IMG/VR virus record: IMGVR_UViG_3300007734_000563
Coordinates: 1-31,290 of that record
Source: a virus
Lineage: Duplodnaviria; Caudoviricetes
Length of the DNA: 31,290 nucleotides
Direction: 5' to 3' (one strand)
Made by a program: the position numbers and the translations under genes. Under the pieces are notes generated by a model. It had not been told where the DNA came from, did no database searches, and saw nothing but the letters and a program-made list of their open reading frames with translations. Of the stretch, positions 7,212-16,494 are shown in pieces. Positions within the stretch are counted from its first letter, which is position 1. Each line of letters opens with the position of its first letter.

Positions 7212-8168
7212 ATGGCTACCTCTTCAGGCACTAACGTTTTTGAAAAAACTTTTACTATTGATGAGATCATAGAAGAGTCATACGAAAGAATTGGTCTTAT
7301 AAATAATACCGGTAATCAGATGAAGGCCGCGCGTCGTTCGCTGAACATTATGTTTCAAGAGTGGGGCAACAGGGGACTTCATTATTGGGAAGTTGCTGAA
7401 AATTCAATTTCAATGGTTGAAGGTCAAACTGTTTATACAATTTATAGATCATCAACTGATGGAACTTCAGATGGTACTTTTAGTTATTTAGATGGTGGAA
7501 TTAATGCATCCGTTACAACTCTTACATTAGATTCTGTTTGGCAATTTCCAACATCAGGAACATTATTAATAGGATCAGAACAAATTACTTACACAGGAAC
7601 TAACACTGATGCTAATACAATAACAGGATGTGTCAGAGGTGCAAATGGTACAACCGCTGCAATTCATGCTGATAATTCTGCAGTATATGATTATAATTCA
7701 ATCACTTATGGACCTGATGATATATATGAGGCATCATATAGAAATACACAACAAGTTCCAGTTGCAGATTTTCCATTAACTAAAATAGATAGATCAACTT
7801 ATAACTCACTATCATCAAAATTTTCAGAAGGTCAACCAACTCAATATTGGGTTCAAAGATTTATAGATAAAATTACAATCACTTTATATTTAACACCAGG
7901 CGCTGATCAGGTGAATAATGTAATGCATTATTATTACGCAAAAAGAATTCAAGATGTTGGAGCTTATACAAATATTACAAACGTTCCATATAGATTTGTT
8001 CCATGCATGTGCGCAGGACTTGCTTATTATTTATCAGTTAAATTTGCTCCGCAACGTGGACAAGAAATGAAATTATTATATGAGGATGAATTAAAAAGAG
8101 CATTAGAGAATGATGGATCTTCTTCTAGTTCATTCATAACACCTAAAACTTACTATCCGAGCGCATAA
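7212..8168 (+). CDS. Head-tail connector/adaptor-type protein with an inserted beta domain
   Basis: IDEIIEESYERIG, ARRSLNIMFQEWGNRGL, PYRFVPCMCAGLAYY; insert LDGGINAS...CVRGANGTTAAIH. Confidence 0.65.
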   Translation: MATSSGTNVFEKTFTIDEIIEESYERIGLINNTGNQMKAARRSLNIMFQEWGNRGLHYWEVAENSISMVEGQTVYTIYRSSTDGTSDGTFSYLDGGINASVTTLTLDSVWQFPTSGTLLIGSEQITYTGTNTDANTITGCVRGANGTTAAIHADNSAVYDYNSITYGPDDIYEASYRNTQQVPVADFPLTKIDRSTYNSLSSKFSEGQPTQYWVQRFIDKITITLYLTPGADQVNNVMHYYYAKRIQDVGAYTNITNVPYRFVPCMCAGLAYYLSVKFAPQRGQEMKLLYEDELKRALENDGSSSSSFITPKTYYPSA

Positions 8169-8749
8169 TGGGAAATTTATCTAGAGGAAAATATGCTTAC
8201 ATGATCTCTGACCGATCTGGTCAAAGATTTCCATATACTGAAATGGTACAAGAATGGAATGGATCATGGGTTCATATAACTGAATATGAACCAAAGCATC
8301 CACAATTAGAACCCAAACCACATAATGCTGATCCTGAAGGATTACAATATGCTCATCCTGATAGAACAGAACCACCTGTCATTATTGAACTTACACCTAA
8401 TCCATTTACTACAATTAAGTATGCAGGTTCTACTTATATTAATGTTTATTCAGAAGATCATGGAAGATCTACTGGCAACGTGGTTAGATTTAGAGGACCA
8501 CCTGAAGTATTAATCCCGGGCACGCCCGCGCGCGAGACTTCATTTGAATTAGTTCCTTCATTTGATGGTGTTACAGATATTTCAAATGCAAATGGATTTA
8601 CAATTACAGTTGGAAAAATAGATTCATCTGGTATCGTAAGTGATCCATTGAATTATTTTTATTTCTTAAGTACAAGTACAGCAACAACAGGAAACGTATC
8701 TGGTGGTGGAGCACAATGTTCTGCAGGTCCAGTTACATTACAGGCTTAA
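8168..8749 (+). CDS. Virion-module protein
   Basis: ISDRSGQRFPY...EYEPKHPQLEP N-terminus plus an HG-x-x-TG beta domain; TAATG coupling. Confidence 0.7.
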   Translation: MGNLSRGKYAYMISDRSGQRFPYTEMVQEWNGSWVHITEYEPKHPQLEPKPHNADPEGLQYAHPDRTEPPVIIELTPNPFTTIKYAGSTYINVYSEDHGRSTGNVVRFRGPPEVLIPGTPARETSFELVPSFDGVTDISNANGFTITVGKIDSSGIVSDPLNYFYFLSTSTATTGNVSGGGAQCSAGPVTLQA

Positions 8750-8750
8750 T

Positions 8751-9407
8751 ATGACATATTCAGAATTAGTACAAAAAATTAGAGATTACACAGAAGTAGA
8801 TTCCAATGTATTTACATCTACAATTGTAGATGGATTTATTGAAAGCGCTGAATGGAGAATTCAAAGAGATGTAGATTCTGATAATAATAGAAAATATGCA
8901 ACAGCAACTATTATTGCAGGTCAACCTTATGTAAGTACACCATTACTTACAGACCAAACTTTAATTATTAGAGAAGCTCAAATTATTCCATCTTCTGTTT
9001 ATAGTAGCAATGCCATTGTAGAATATAGAGATACTGGCTTTATTAATGAATATAATGCCTCTAATGCACAAGGATTACCTAAATATTTTAGTTATTGGGA
9101 TGAACAAAATATTGTTTTAGCACCAATTCCAGACTTGACATATACCATGCAATTAAATTATACCTTGAAGCCAGCAGGATTATCTGCTACAAATACGACA
9201 ACATATTTAAGTCAGCAATTTCCCTCTGGCTTGTTATATGCATGCCTTGTTGAGGCTTACGGTTTTTTAAAGGGTCCGGCAGACATGATACAATTTTACG
9301 AACAAAAGTATCAGTCAGCGTTACAAGGATTCTCTATTGAACAAATGGGAAGAAGGAGAAGAGATGAGTATCAAGAAGGTGCTCCTCAGATCCAAAAACA
9401 AGGTTAA
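8751..9407 (+). CDS. Head-tail adaptor / tail tubular-type protein
   Basis: Start re-assigned to ATG 8751 (MTYSELVQKIRDY); GLPKYF, APIPD and LLYACLVEAYGFLK motifs. Confidence 0.7.
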   Translation: MTYSELVQKIRDYTEVDSNVFTSTIVDGFIESAEWRIQRDVDSDNNRKYATATIIAGQPYVSTPLLTDQTLIIREAQIIPSSVYSSNAIVEYRDTGFINEYNASNAQGLPKYFSYWDEQNIVLAPIPDLTYTMQLNYTLKPAGLSATNTTTYLSQQFPSGLLYACLVEAYGFLKGPADMIQFYEQKYQSALQGFSIEQMGRRRRDEYQEGAPQIQKQG

Positions 9408-9425
9408 TATAATTAGGAGATAAAT

Positions 9426-9860
9426 ATGCCGATTACACAAGCAGTTGCAAATTCGTTTAAAGGCGAACTACTTCAGGCGCAGCACAATTTTACTGCAGCT
9501 ACTGGAAACGTTTTTAAACTTGCTCTTTACACATCTGCAGCAACACTAAATTCAGCGACAACAGTTTACACTTCAACAAATGAAGTTGCTAATACTGGTC
9601 AATACGTAACAGGTGGTGGAGTTTTAACAAACGTATCACCAGTTGTTTCTAGTGGCGTTGCTTTCATAGATTTTGCAGATATATCTTTTACTGGAGTTAC
9701 TTTAACTGCAGCAGGATGTTTGATTTATAATACATCATCATCTAACAAAGCAGTAATGGTATTAGACTTTGGTGGAGATAAGAGTGCAACATCGGGAACT
9801 TTTACAATTCAGTTTCCAGCAGATACATCATCAGCAGCTATTTTAAGAATCTCTGGATAA
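9426..9860 (+). CDS. Conserved tail-associated structural protein
   Basis: SFKGELL, FKLALYTS, NEV..G.Y..GG, LDFGGDK, FTIQFP; AGGAG RBS. Confidence 0.7.
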   Translation: MPITQAVANSFKGELLQAQHNFTAATGNVFKLALYTSAATLNSATTVYTSTNEVANTGQYVTGGGVLTNVSPVVSSGVAFIDFADISFTGVTLTAAGCLIYNTSSSNKAVMVLDFGGDKSATSGTFTIQFPADTSSAAILRISG

Positions 9861-9873
9861 TTAGGAGATCTCC

Positions 9874-10962
9874 ATGGCTATTGTTGACGGCTGGGGTCGA
9901 GGAACCTGGGGAGAGAGTAGTTGGGGTAGTAATATTCCAGTTGTTCTTACCGGACAAGGTTTAACAGCATCTTTAAGTAGTGTAACAGCTATTTCTAGTG
10001 TCACTGTTAATGTAACAGGTCAATCATTAACCACTTCTATAAATAGCGTAACTGTAACTGGAAATGCATCTATAGATGTTACAGGACAATTATTAACTGC
10101 TTCTTTAAGCAGCGTAAATGCTTTTCCACTTATTGCTGTAGATGTAACAGGACAACAATTAACTACATCTTTATCTTCTGTAACTCCAATCATAGATGTT
10201 AATGTTAATTTAACTGGACAATTATTAACTACTGTTCAAGGAGTTGTAGATCCTTCACCAGATGCATTTGTTTCAGGAATACAATTAAATGCATTAATTG
10301 GAAATGTAACACCTATTATAGATGTAAATGTAAACTTAACTGGTCAATTATTATCTGTTTCTTTAAATTCTGTAACACCTATTGGAACAGCAAACATTAA
10401 TACAACTGGTCAATCATTAACTGTTACACAAGGAAATGTAGATGCATCTCCTGATGCTATTGTTTCTGGAATTGAATTAAATACATTTATAGGAAATATT
10501 AATATAGATATAGCTACTACAGTTTTTTTAACAGGCCAACAATTAACTGCATCTTTATCTTCGGTTACACCTGTTATAGATGTTAATGTAAATTTAACAG
10601 GTCAATTATTATCTGCCAACATAAATAGTGTTACTGTAATAGGAACAGCTAATGTAAATATAAATGGTCAACAATTAACAATTATTGAAGGTGATGTTGA
10701 TCCTTCTCCTGATGCTAATGTATCTGGTATTCAATTAAATTTAAGTTTAAATTCTGTTAATGCTATTCCTTTAACTCCTGTAGATGTTGTAGGAATAGGT
10801 TTAAGTATTGCTCAAAATAGTGTTTCTATTACTGGAAATGCCAATATAGATGTTACTGGAAATGGCTTGACTATTGCTTTAAATAACATTAATAATCAAA
10901 TTTGGACAGAAGTTAGTACTGGAACTAATGCAACTTGGACAGAGATTGACACAGCTGCATAG
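9874..10962 (+). CDS. Repeat-rich fibre-like virion protein
   Basis: About 17 tandem ~19-20-aa repeats (V-x-[VL]-TGQ-x-L-T-x-S-L-x-SV); Trp-Gly N-terminus and WTE repeats at the C-terminus. Confidence 0.75.
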   Translation: MAIVDGWGRGTWGESSWGSNIPVVLTGQGLTASLSSVTAISSVTVNVTGQSLTTSINSVTVTGNASIDVTGQLLTASLSSVNAFPLIAVDVTGQQLTTSLSSVTPIIDVNVNLTGQLLTTVQGVVDPSPDAFVSGIQLNALIGNVTPIIDVNVNLTGQLLSVSLNSVTPIGTANINTTGQSLTVTQGNVDASPDAIVSGIELNTFIGNINIDIATTVFLTGQQLTASLSSVTPVIDVNVNLTGQLLSANINSVTVIGTANVNINGQQLTIIEGDVDPSPDANVSGIQLNLSLNSVNAIPLTPVDVVGIGLSIAQNSVSITGNANIDVTGNGLTIALNNINNQIWTEVSTGTNATWTEIDTAA

Positions 10963-10991
10963 GTTTTATAAATAGTATAAGGAATTAAAAT

Positions 10992-11696
10992 ATGGCATCA
11001 AGTTATTCTACAGACCTCAAACTAGAACTCCAAGTTACAGGAGAAAATTCAGGAACATGGGGTGATATCACAAATACAAATTTAGTTATTTTACAACAAG
11101 CAATAGCTGGTTATCAATCAGTTGCAGTAAACGCAACAACAGGTTTAACACTTACATTTACAAATGGAGCAACATCTGATGGTAAAAATGCTGTTCTTCA
11201 ACTTACAGGAACACCTACAACAAATATTAATATTAACGTTCCAGACGGAATTGAAAAAATTTACATTGTAGATAATCAAATAGTACATGGAACAAATACC
11301 GTTACTTTTAAAACAACTTCAGGAACAGGAGTTAAATTAGCACAAGGAAATAAATATACTTTATATTCTGACGCAACAAATATTAATCTTGCTCATATGG
11401 AACAAGTTTGGAGAACTGTAACAACAACTGCAACTGTTCAACCTGGTTCTGCAATACTTGCAAACACAGCTACAACTTCATTTACATTAACATTACCAGC
11501 TTCTCCTGCAACAGGAGACATAGTTTCTGTTGTTGATGCGGGATATACATTTGATACCAAACCTTTAACTATTGGAAGGAATTCAAGTAACATAGCAAAT
11601 GCAGCTGAAAATCTTGTTATTAATACAGAAGGTGCTGGTTTTACTTTAGTATATTCAGGCGATGCAACAGTAGGTTGGACTTATAGGGATAAATAA
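10992..11696 (+). CDS. Tail fibre proximal/anchor protein
   Basis: MASSYS..LKLEL..TGENSGTWG N-terminus; TLTLPASPATGD...LTIGRN...FTLVY domain typical of phage fibres. Confidence 0.75.
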   Translation: MASSYSTDLKLELQVTGENSGTWGDITNTNLVILQQAIAGYQSVAVNATTGLTLTFTNGATSDGKNAVLQLTGTPTTNININVPDGIEKIYIVDNQIVHGTNTVTFKTTSGTGVKLAQGNKYTLYSDATNINLAHMEQVWRTVTTTATVQPGSAILANTATTSFTLTLPASPATGDIVSVVDAGYTFDTKPLTIGRNSSNIANAAENLVINTEGAGFTLVYSGDATVGWTYRDK

Positions 11697-11699
11697 CCT

Positions 11700-12263
11700 A
11701 TGGCTAACTATGAAGCTACTAGATACGCAATTAACGGTTCTAACCTTACAGATATACAAGGTGTTAGTACAGGATTAATAATTCCTTGGACATCATCTTC
11801 AATACCTTCTGGTTTTCTAGAGTGTAATGGACAATCAGTATCAACTGCAACATATGCAGCTCTTTTTGCAGTCATAGGTTATACTTATGGAGGTTCTGGT
11901 GCTAATTTTAATGTTCCAGATTGCACAGATAGGTGTACTGTAAATAAATCAAACACTAAAAATTTAGCTCAGACAGGTGGTGCAAACACAGTTACACCTA
12001 CAGGTAATATATCAGGGAGTTTAGCAAATGTTACTCTAACTACAGCTCAATTACCTTCTCACACACATCAAGGAAGAACTGTTGGTAATTTTTCCGGACA
12101 TAGTGCTTCAGGATTTGGAAATATTTTTACTGCACAAAACACTACATCAGGTAACACAGGAGGAGGAGGAGCACATGATCACACATTAAGTGCGACATTT
12201 ACAGGTTCTGCATCTTCTGTACTGCAACCTTATTTAGTATTAATATATATAATCAAAACTTAA
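11700..12263 (+). CDS. Tail-collar domain short fibre, paralogue 1
   Basis: TGLIIPW...PSGFLECNGQSVS...YAALFAVIGYTYGG...FNVPD collar; HxH motifs; QPYLVLIYIIKT end. Confidence 0.85.
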   Translation: MANYEATRYAINGSNLTDIQGVSTGLIIPWTSSSIPSGFLECNGQSVSTATYAALFAVIGYTYGGSGANFNVPDCTDRCTVNKSNTKNLAQTGGANTVTPTGNISGSLANVTLTTAQLPSHTHQGRTVGNFSGHSASGFGNIFTAQNTTSGNTGGGGAHDHTLSATFTGSASSVLQPYLVLIYIIKT

Positions 12264-12280
12264 ATTTATGGCAAATTACG
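12159..12280 (+). repeat. 122-bp direct repeat, copy 1 (copy 2 at 12709-12830)
   Basis: Identical except A12178 vs G12728; spans gene end, intergenic gap and the next gene start. Confidence 0.9.
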
Positions 12281-12813
12281 CGCAAACAGCTAAAAACTTT
12301 TCCGGAGCCTTTATGACAGGTCTTGCTGGAGTTAATACAGGATTAGTTATTCCATGGAGTTCTGCTTCAATACCTTCTGGTTTTCTAGAATGTAATGGTC
12401 AATCAGTTTCAACTACTACTTACGCTGCATTATTTGCAGTAATAGGTTATACTTATGGTGGAGCAGGCGCTTCATTTAACGTACCAGATTTAACAGATAG
12501 AACAGTTGTAAATAAATCTAATACAAAAAATTTAGCACAAACAGGAGGTGCTAATACAGTTACACCTACAGGAAACGTAGGTGGAAACGCTGGTAATACA
12601 ACCTTGACTACATCTCAAATTGCTGCACATACTCATAGTACAGTAACAGCATCTATGGGTGTTTATGGAGACGGGTCTGCTGGAGGATTAGGTAGCACCA
12701 CAAATACCGGAGGAGGAGGAGCACATGGTCACACATTAAGTGCGACATTTACAGGTTCTGCATCTTCTGTACTGCAACCTTATTTAGTATTAATATATAT
12801 AATCAAAACTTAA
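12268..12813 (+). CDS. Tail-collar domain short fibre, paralogue 2
   Basis: Same architecture as paralogue 1. Confidence 0.85.
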   Translation: MANYAQTAKNFSGAFMTGLAGVNTGLVIPWSSASIPSGFLECNGQSVSTTTYAALFAVIGYTYGGAGASFNVPDLTDRTVVNKSNTKNLAQTGGANTVTPTGNVGGNAGNTTLTTSQIAAHTHSTVTASMGVYGDGSAGGLGSTTNTGGGGAHGHTLSATFTGSASSVLQPYLVLIYIIKT

Positions 12814-12830
12814 ATTTATGGCAAATTACG
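12709..12830 (+). repeat. 122-bp direct repeat, copy 2
   Basis: 550 bp downstream of copy 1. Confidence 0.9.
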
Positions 12831-13381
12831 AAGCAACAAGATATAATTGGGATGGAGAATACTTAACAAGTGTTCAAGGTGTAAACACAGGACTAGTTAT
12901 TCCTTGGGGTTCAGCTTCAATTCCATCTGGTTTTTTAGAGTGTAACGGTCAATCAGTTTCAACCACTACTTACGCTGCATTATTTGCAGTTATTGGTTAT
13001 ACATATGGTGGTTCTGGTGGTAATTTTAACGTGCCTGATTTAACTGATAGAACAGTTGTAAATAAATCTAATACTAAAAACTTAGCACAAACAGGAGGTG
13101 CTAATACCGTAGCAAATTCTGGAAATATTAGTGGATCAAGTGGGGCTACAACTTTAACTACAGATCAAATACCATCACACTCACATTCTGGAATGATAAT
13201 GGGTGGTTCATCAGGTGGAATGGGTGCTGAACAGTTCACTGTGGCGAATACTAACATTGTCGCTACAGGTTCTGCAGGAAGTAGTCAAAGTCATTCACAT
13301 AATTTAAGTGCTAATTTTACAGGTGGGAGTAATAGTGTTTTACAACCTTTTATTGTTGTGATATATATAATAAAAACTTAA
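12818..13381 (+). CDS. Tail-collar domain short fibre, paralogue 3
   Basis: Same architecture; ends QPFIVVIYIIKT. Confidence 0.85.
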   Translation: MANYEATRYNWDGEYLTSVQGVNTGLVIPWGSASIPSGFLECNGQSVSTTTYAALFAVIGYTYGGSGGNFNVPDLTDRTVVNKSNTKNLAQTGGANTVANSGNISGSSGATTLTTDQIPSHSHSGMIMGGSSGGMGAEQFTVANTNIVATGSAGSSQSHSHNLSANFTGGSNSVLQPFIVVIYIIKT

Positions 13382-13393
13382 AAAATAATTAAC

Positions 13394-13825
13394 ATGAAAC
13401 TTGGTAAATGGACTATTGTAAAAGCTGATAAAACAATCATAAAACAATATGGAGAAAATCAGTCAATAGGTTATATTATTAACGACGATAATTTTTGGAA
13501 TAATAATTTATCTAATAATATACATGCAATACAATATACAGGAAATGAATTAGATTTTGATCAAGTTGAATATAATGATAAAAGTCCAAATTCTAAATTT
13601 AATGGTAACATTAAAATTTTTGCAGATGAATGGGATAAGGCTCATTTAAAAAATTTGCAAAATATTTGGGATAATAATAACATATATGAAGCGATTCCCA
13701 ATTTAAACATAACTCCAGAAAATCCTCTACCTTTTATAAGAATTAAAAAAGAAGAAACATTGGAACAAAAAGAATTAAGAATAGGTCCCAGACCAACTAT
13801 TTATAATTCTGTGGATATTTATTAA
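13394..13825 (+). CDS. Hypothetical protein, possible fibre assembly chaperone
   Basis: Directly follows the fibre genes; WTIV..DK.II, IHAIQY and QVEY motifs. Confidence 0.6.
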   Translation: MKLGKWTIVKADKTIIKQYGENQSIGYIINDDNFWNNNLSNNIHAIQYTGNELDFDQVEYNDKSPNSKFNGNIKIFADEWDKAHLKNLQNIWDNNNIYEAIPNLNITPENPLPFIRIKKEETLEQKELRIGPRPTIYNSVDIY

Positions 13826-14325
13826 ACAAAATAACCTTGTTTAATAAAACAAGTTAAAGTTGTTCTCCATATATTTTCTTCTTTCAAAGGTGTATGGCAT
13901 ATATTTGAATTGAATAATACTGCTCTATTTTCTTTAAAACCAATATGAATATCTAAATTTTCGTTAGTATAAAAACCTATTCCATGGTTTAATTTTGTTT
14001 GACCTTCTATTTGTAAATAAAAATTAACTAAAGCGACTTTATCATCTACGTGAGGTTTGAAATTTGTTAATTTTCTTCTATCCAAACCGCATTCTGTAAT
14101 TTCAACAATTTTATATTTAAATTTTTCTAAACATTTATTCTTTAAATTAAAAATAATTTTATCATTTAAATTAATTTCATGTCTTAAACCATAAGTATTT
14201 TGTTCGTTTTTAATTAAAGTTCCTTCAAAATATTGAGGTTTATATTTAACTTGATTTGATTTTGAAAAGTTTTTTAAAAATTCAAAAAAATTTTTGTCTA
14301 AAAAATCATCTAAAATGTAGATCAT
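13822..14325 (-). CDS. 2OG-Fe(II) oxygenase-like protein
   Basis: ILDDFL start, PHVD (HxD), NRAVLFNS..H, terminal R. Confidence 0.7.
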   Translation of the reverse strand: MIYILDDFLDKNFFEFLKNFSKSNQVKYKPQYFEGTLIKNEQNTYGLRHEINLNDKIIFNLKNKCLEKFKYKIVEITECGLDRRKLTNFKPHVDDKVALVNFYLQIEGQTKLNHGIGFYTNENLDIHIGFKENRAVLFNSNICHTPLKEENIWRTTLTCFIKQGYFV

Positions 14326-14334
14326 GCAGTTTTA

Positions 14335-14937
14335 TTATCTGTAACTTATCCATGAAGTAAGAATATATTTTTCTCCACTTAATGGAGGATTACCTCTATG
14401 AACATAAGGAAATCCTGCTGGCCAAATTACAATTCTTCCTTTAACAGGTTTTACTCTTTGTGATTGATATAAAAATTCTGTTTCTCCGCCATCTTCTACT
14501 GTGTTCAAATATATGCAGTAAACAAGAACTCTTTTTTCGTTTTCCCTTCCTTTACCATGTTCTATATGCCAAACATGATACCCTTGAGCTGGAATTGTTT
14601 TTTGAATTTTTACATAATCAGTTAATATATCCTCTGAAGTATAATTTTTAATATTTGTTTCTAAAAAATAATTTTTTAAAGCTATGTCAAAATTTACCAT
14701 TAAATTTTTTAATTTATTAACATTAAAACTTTCTTCATTTAAAGTTTCTGGACTACAAAATAATTGTTTGTCATTTTTAAAATCTTGAGTTGCTCTTTCA
14801 GAAGAAAATCTTGAAAATACTTTATTAAATTCTTCATATTTTTTAAATAATTCTATAGCTTCATCACAAGCTCCATCTGGAATATATCCATCATAAATAC
14901 CAATAAAGTCTTTAATATTATTTTTTCTCTCTAGCAT
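14335..14937 (-). CDS. 2OG-Fe(II) oxygenase (prolyl-4-hydroxylase-like)
   Basis: YHVWHIE, YLNTVEDGGETEF, WPAGFPYVHRGNPP, KYILTSW. Confidence 0.85.
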   Translation of the reverse strand: MLERKNNIKDFIGIYDGYIPDGACDEAIELFKKYEEFNKVFSRFSSERATQDFKNDKQLFCSPETLNEESFNVNKLKNLMVNFDIALKNYFLETNIKNYTSEDILTDYVKIQKTIPAQGYHVWHIEHGKGRENEKRVLVYCIYLNTVEDGGETEFLYQSQRVKPVKGRIVIWPAGFPYVHRGNPPLSGEKYILTSWISYR

Positions 14938-15526
14938 CTAATTCTTCTTTTAGCCATTTAGTTTTTTTCCAATCATTTTTTTCTATCAAGTTTGATACTA
15001 AACAATATCTAGTTTTTTCATCTTTTTCAACTTTATCTACACCATGTAATATATAAGGTGGAAATAAATAATAAGACCCTATTTTTGGTTGAATAGTAAT
15101 TTTTAATTCAGGTAAAATTAATGGAGCCCCTTCTGTTAAATAGAGAATTAAATGATATTCTTTATGTATGTGCATCATGACACTATCCCCTTTTTTTATT
15201 TCGTTCCCCCAAGAATCAAATTCAATTTTTTTATCATACCAATTTTTTTTATCAAAAAAAGAATTTGTGTTTTTGTGTTTATCTACCAAGTAATCTATAA
15301 ATCTTATAAATTCAGGTTTATCATTAAAAAAACCCCAAGGTGTTTTTCCACCATAAACATTAGTCAATTCTGTTTTATTTATATTTTGTGAAATCATTAC
15401 ACACATATTATGCATATCAACTAAATTGTCATACACACCACATGAAATTTGAACCGTTCTTGGATAAGTAACAAATAAACTATGAGAATAATTTTCGTTT
15501 TGTGAAATTTGATTTAAAACTATCAT
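14918..15526 (-). CDS. Putative 2OG-Fe(II) oxygenase (HxH type)
   Basis: SWGN...MHIH, YLFPPYILHGV, RYCLVSN. Confidence 0.7.
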   Translation of the reverse strand: MIVLNQISQNENYSHSLFVTYPRTVQISCGVYDNLVDMHNMCVMISQNINKTELTNVYGGKTPWGFFNDKPEFIRFIDYLVDKHKNTNSFFDKKNWYDKKIEFDSWGNEIKKGDSVMMHIHKEYHLILYLTEGAPLILPELKITIQPKIGSYYLFPPYILHGVDKVEKDEKTRYCLVSNLIEKNDWKKTKWLKEELDAREKK

Positions 15527-15571
15527 TTGTATTTTACTATATATTTAAAAATTAAAATTGTAAATGCCTTC

Positions 15572-16060
15572 TTAAAAATAATTAAAATTAATATTTACTC
15601 TTCTATTTTCATCATTGCATGTACTACTATTATGTTTTTTATTACTATTAAAAAATAAACCTCTGTTTTCTATAGACTCTACTTTTGTTCCATCTGTTAA
15701 ACGAGTAAAACCATTATTTGTGTTAATATAAAATATAAAACCTTTATGTTTAAATTCATAATCAACATGTTGACCATGTTCTATAATTTTATCAGTTTTT
15801 GTGTATAAATTAATTTTTATTCTTATCAAAGATTTAACTTTTAGTTTTTTTAAAATTGGAACAAACAAATTAAATTTATTACTATAAATTATATTATCTT
15901 TGAATATAGTATGTGTAAAATAAAAACCATCATTACGATTTTTTTGTGAAACATTAAAATTATAATGCCATTCAAAATCACTGCTCATTAACACATTTTT
16001 TATATTTAAAAAAATTTCTTTTGTTAAAAAATTATCAATAATTTTATATTCTTTTTTCAT
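15572..16060 (-). CDS. 2OG-Fe(II) oxygenase-like protein
   Basis: IIDNFL, QHVD, YINTNNGFT, ENRGLFFNS..HNSST, RVNINFNY. Confidence 0.75.
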   Translation of the reverse strand: MKKEYKIIDNFLTKEIFLNIKNVLMSSDFEWHYNFNVSQKNRNDGFYFTHTIFKDNIIYSNKFNLFVPILKKLKVKSLIRIKINLYTKTDKIIEHGQHVDYEFKHKGFIFYINTNNGFTRLTDGTKVESIENRGLFFNSNKKHNSSTCNDENRRVNINFNYF

Positions 16061-16104
16061 TTCTTTACTTTGCTTATATTATAATATATTTAATATGAAG
16101 TAAA

Positions 16105-16494
16105 ATGAAAATTTTAATTTTTGGACTACCAGGATCAGGCAAAACTACTTTTGCAAAGAAATTAATAGAAGGCAAAAAGATATCTTACTTTAATGCAGAT
16201 GATATTAGAAAGTTATTTGAAGACTGGGATTTTACAGAAAATGGTAGAAGAAGACAGGCAAATAGAATGATGACGATGTGTGATTTAACAGTCAATCATG
16301 TTGTTGTAGACTTTGTATGTCCATTTGAATCTTATAGATCATTTTACGATATGAAAATTTGGATGAATACCATTAATAAAGGAAGATTTGAAGATACCAA
16401 TAAAGTATTTGAAAAACCTAAAAAAGTTGATTTTGAAATAACTAATTTTAATTATGATTCTATTTTAAAAGAAATAACAATAAAACTTAAATGA
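16105..16494 (+). CDS. Adenylyl-sulfate-kinase-like P-loop kinase (short)
   Basis: GLPGSGKTT Walker A, NADDIR, DWDF..GR.RQA.RM, VVDFVCP, FEKP. Confidence 0.75.
   Translation: MKILIFGLPGSGKTTFAKKLIEGKKISYFNADDIRKLFEDWDFTENGRRRQANRMMTMCDLTVNHVVVDFVCPFESYRSFYDMKIWMNTINKGRFEDTNKVFEKPKKVDFEITNFNYDSILKEITIKLK

Noticed and set aside
8703-8750. GTG start for the adaptor gene given in the track
   Set aside because: It overlaps the upstream gene. ATG 8751, right after the stop codon, gives a typical MTYSEL start.
10946-10974. TTGACA plus TATAAATA (T4 late-promoter-like) upstream of ORF 10992
   Set aside because: The spacing does not give a clean sigma70 -10 box, there is no T4-like context, and such words are expected in AT-rich DNA.
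12159-12830. Diversity-generating retroelement template/variable repeat pair
   Set aside because: There is only one mismatch, both copies are coding, the repeat covers the conserved rather than the variable part, and no reverse transcriptase is present in the window.
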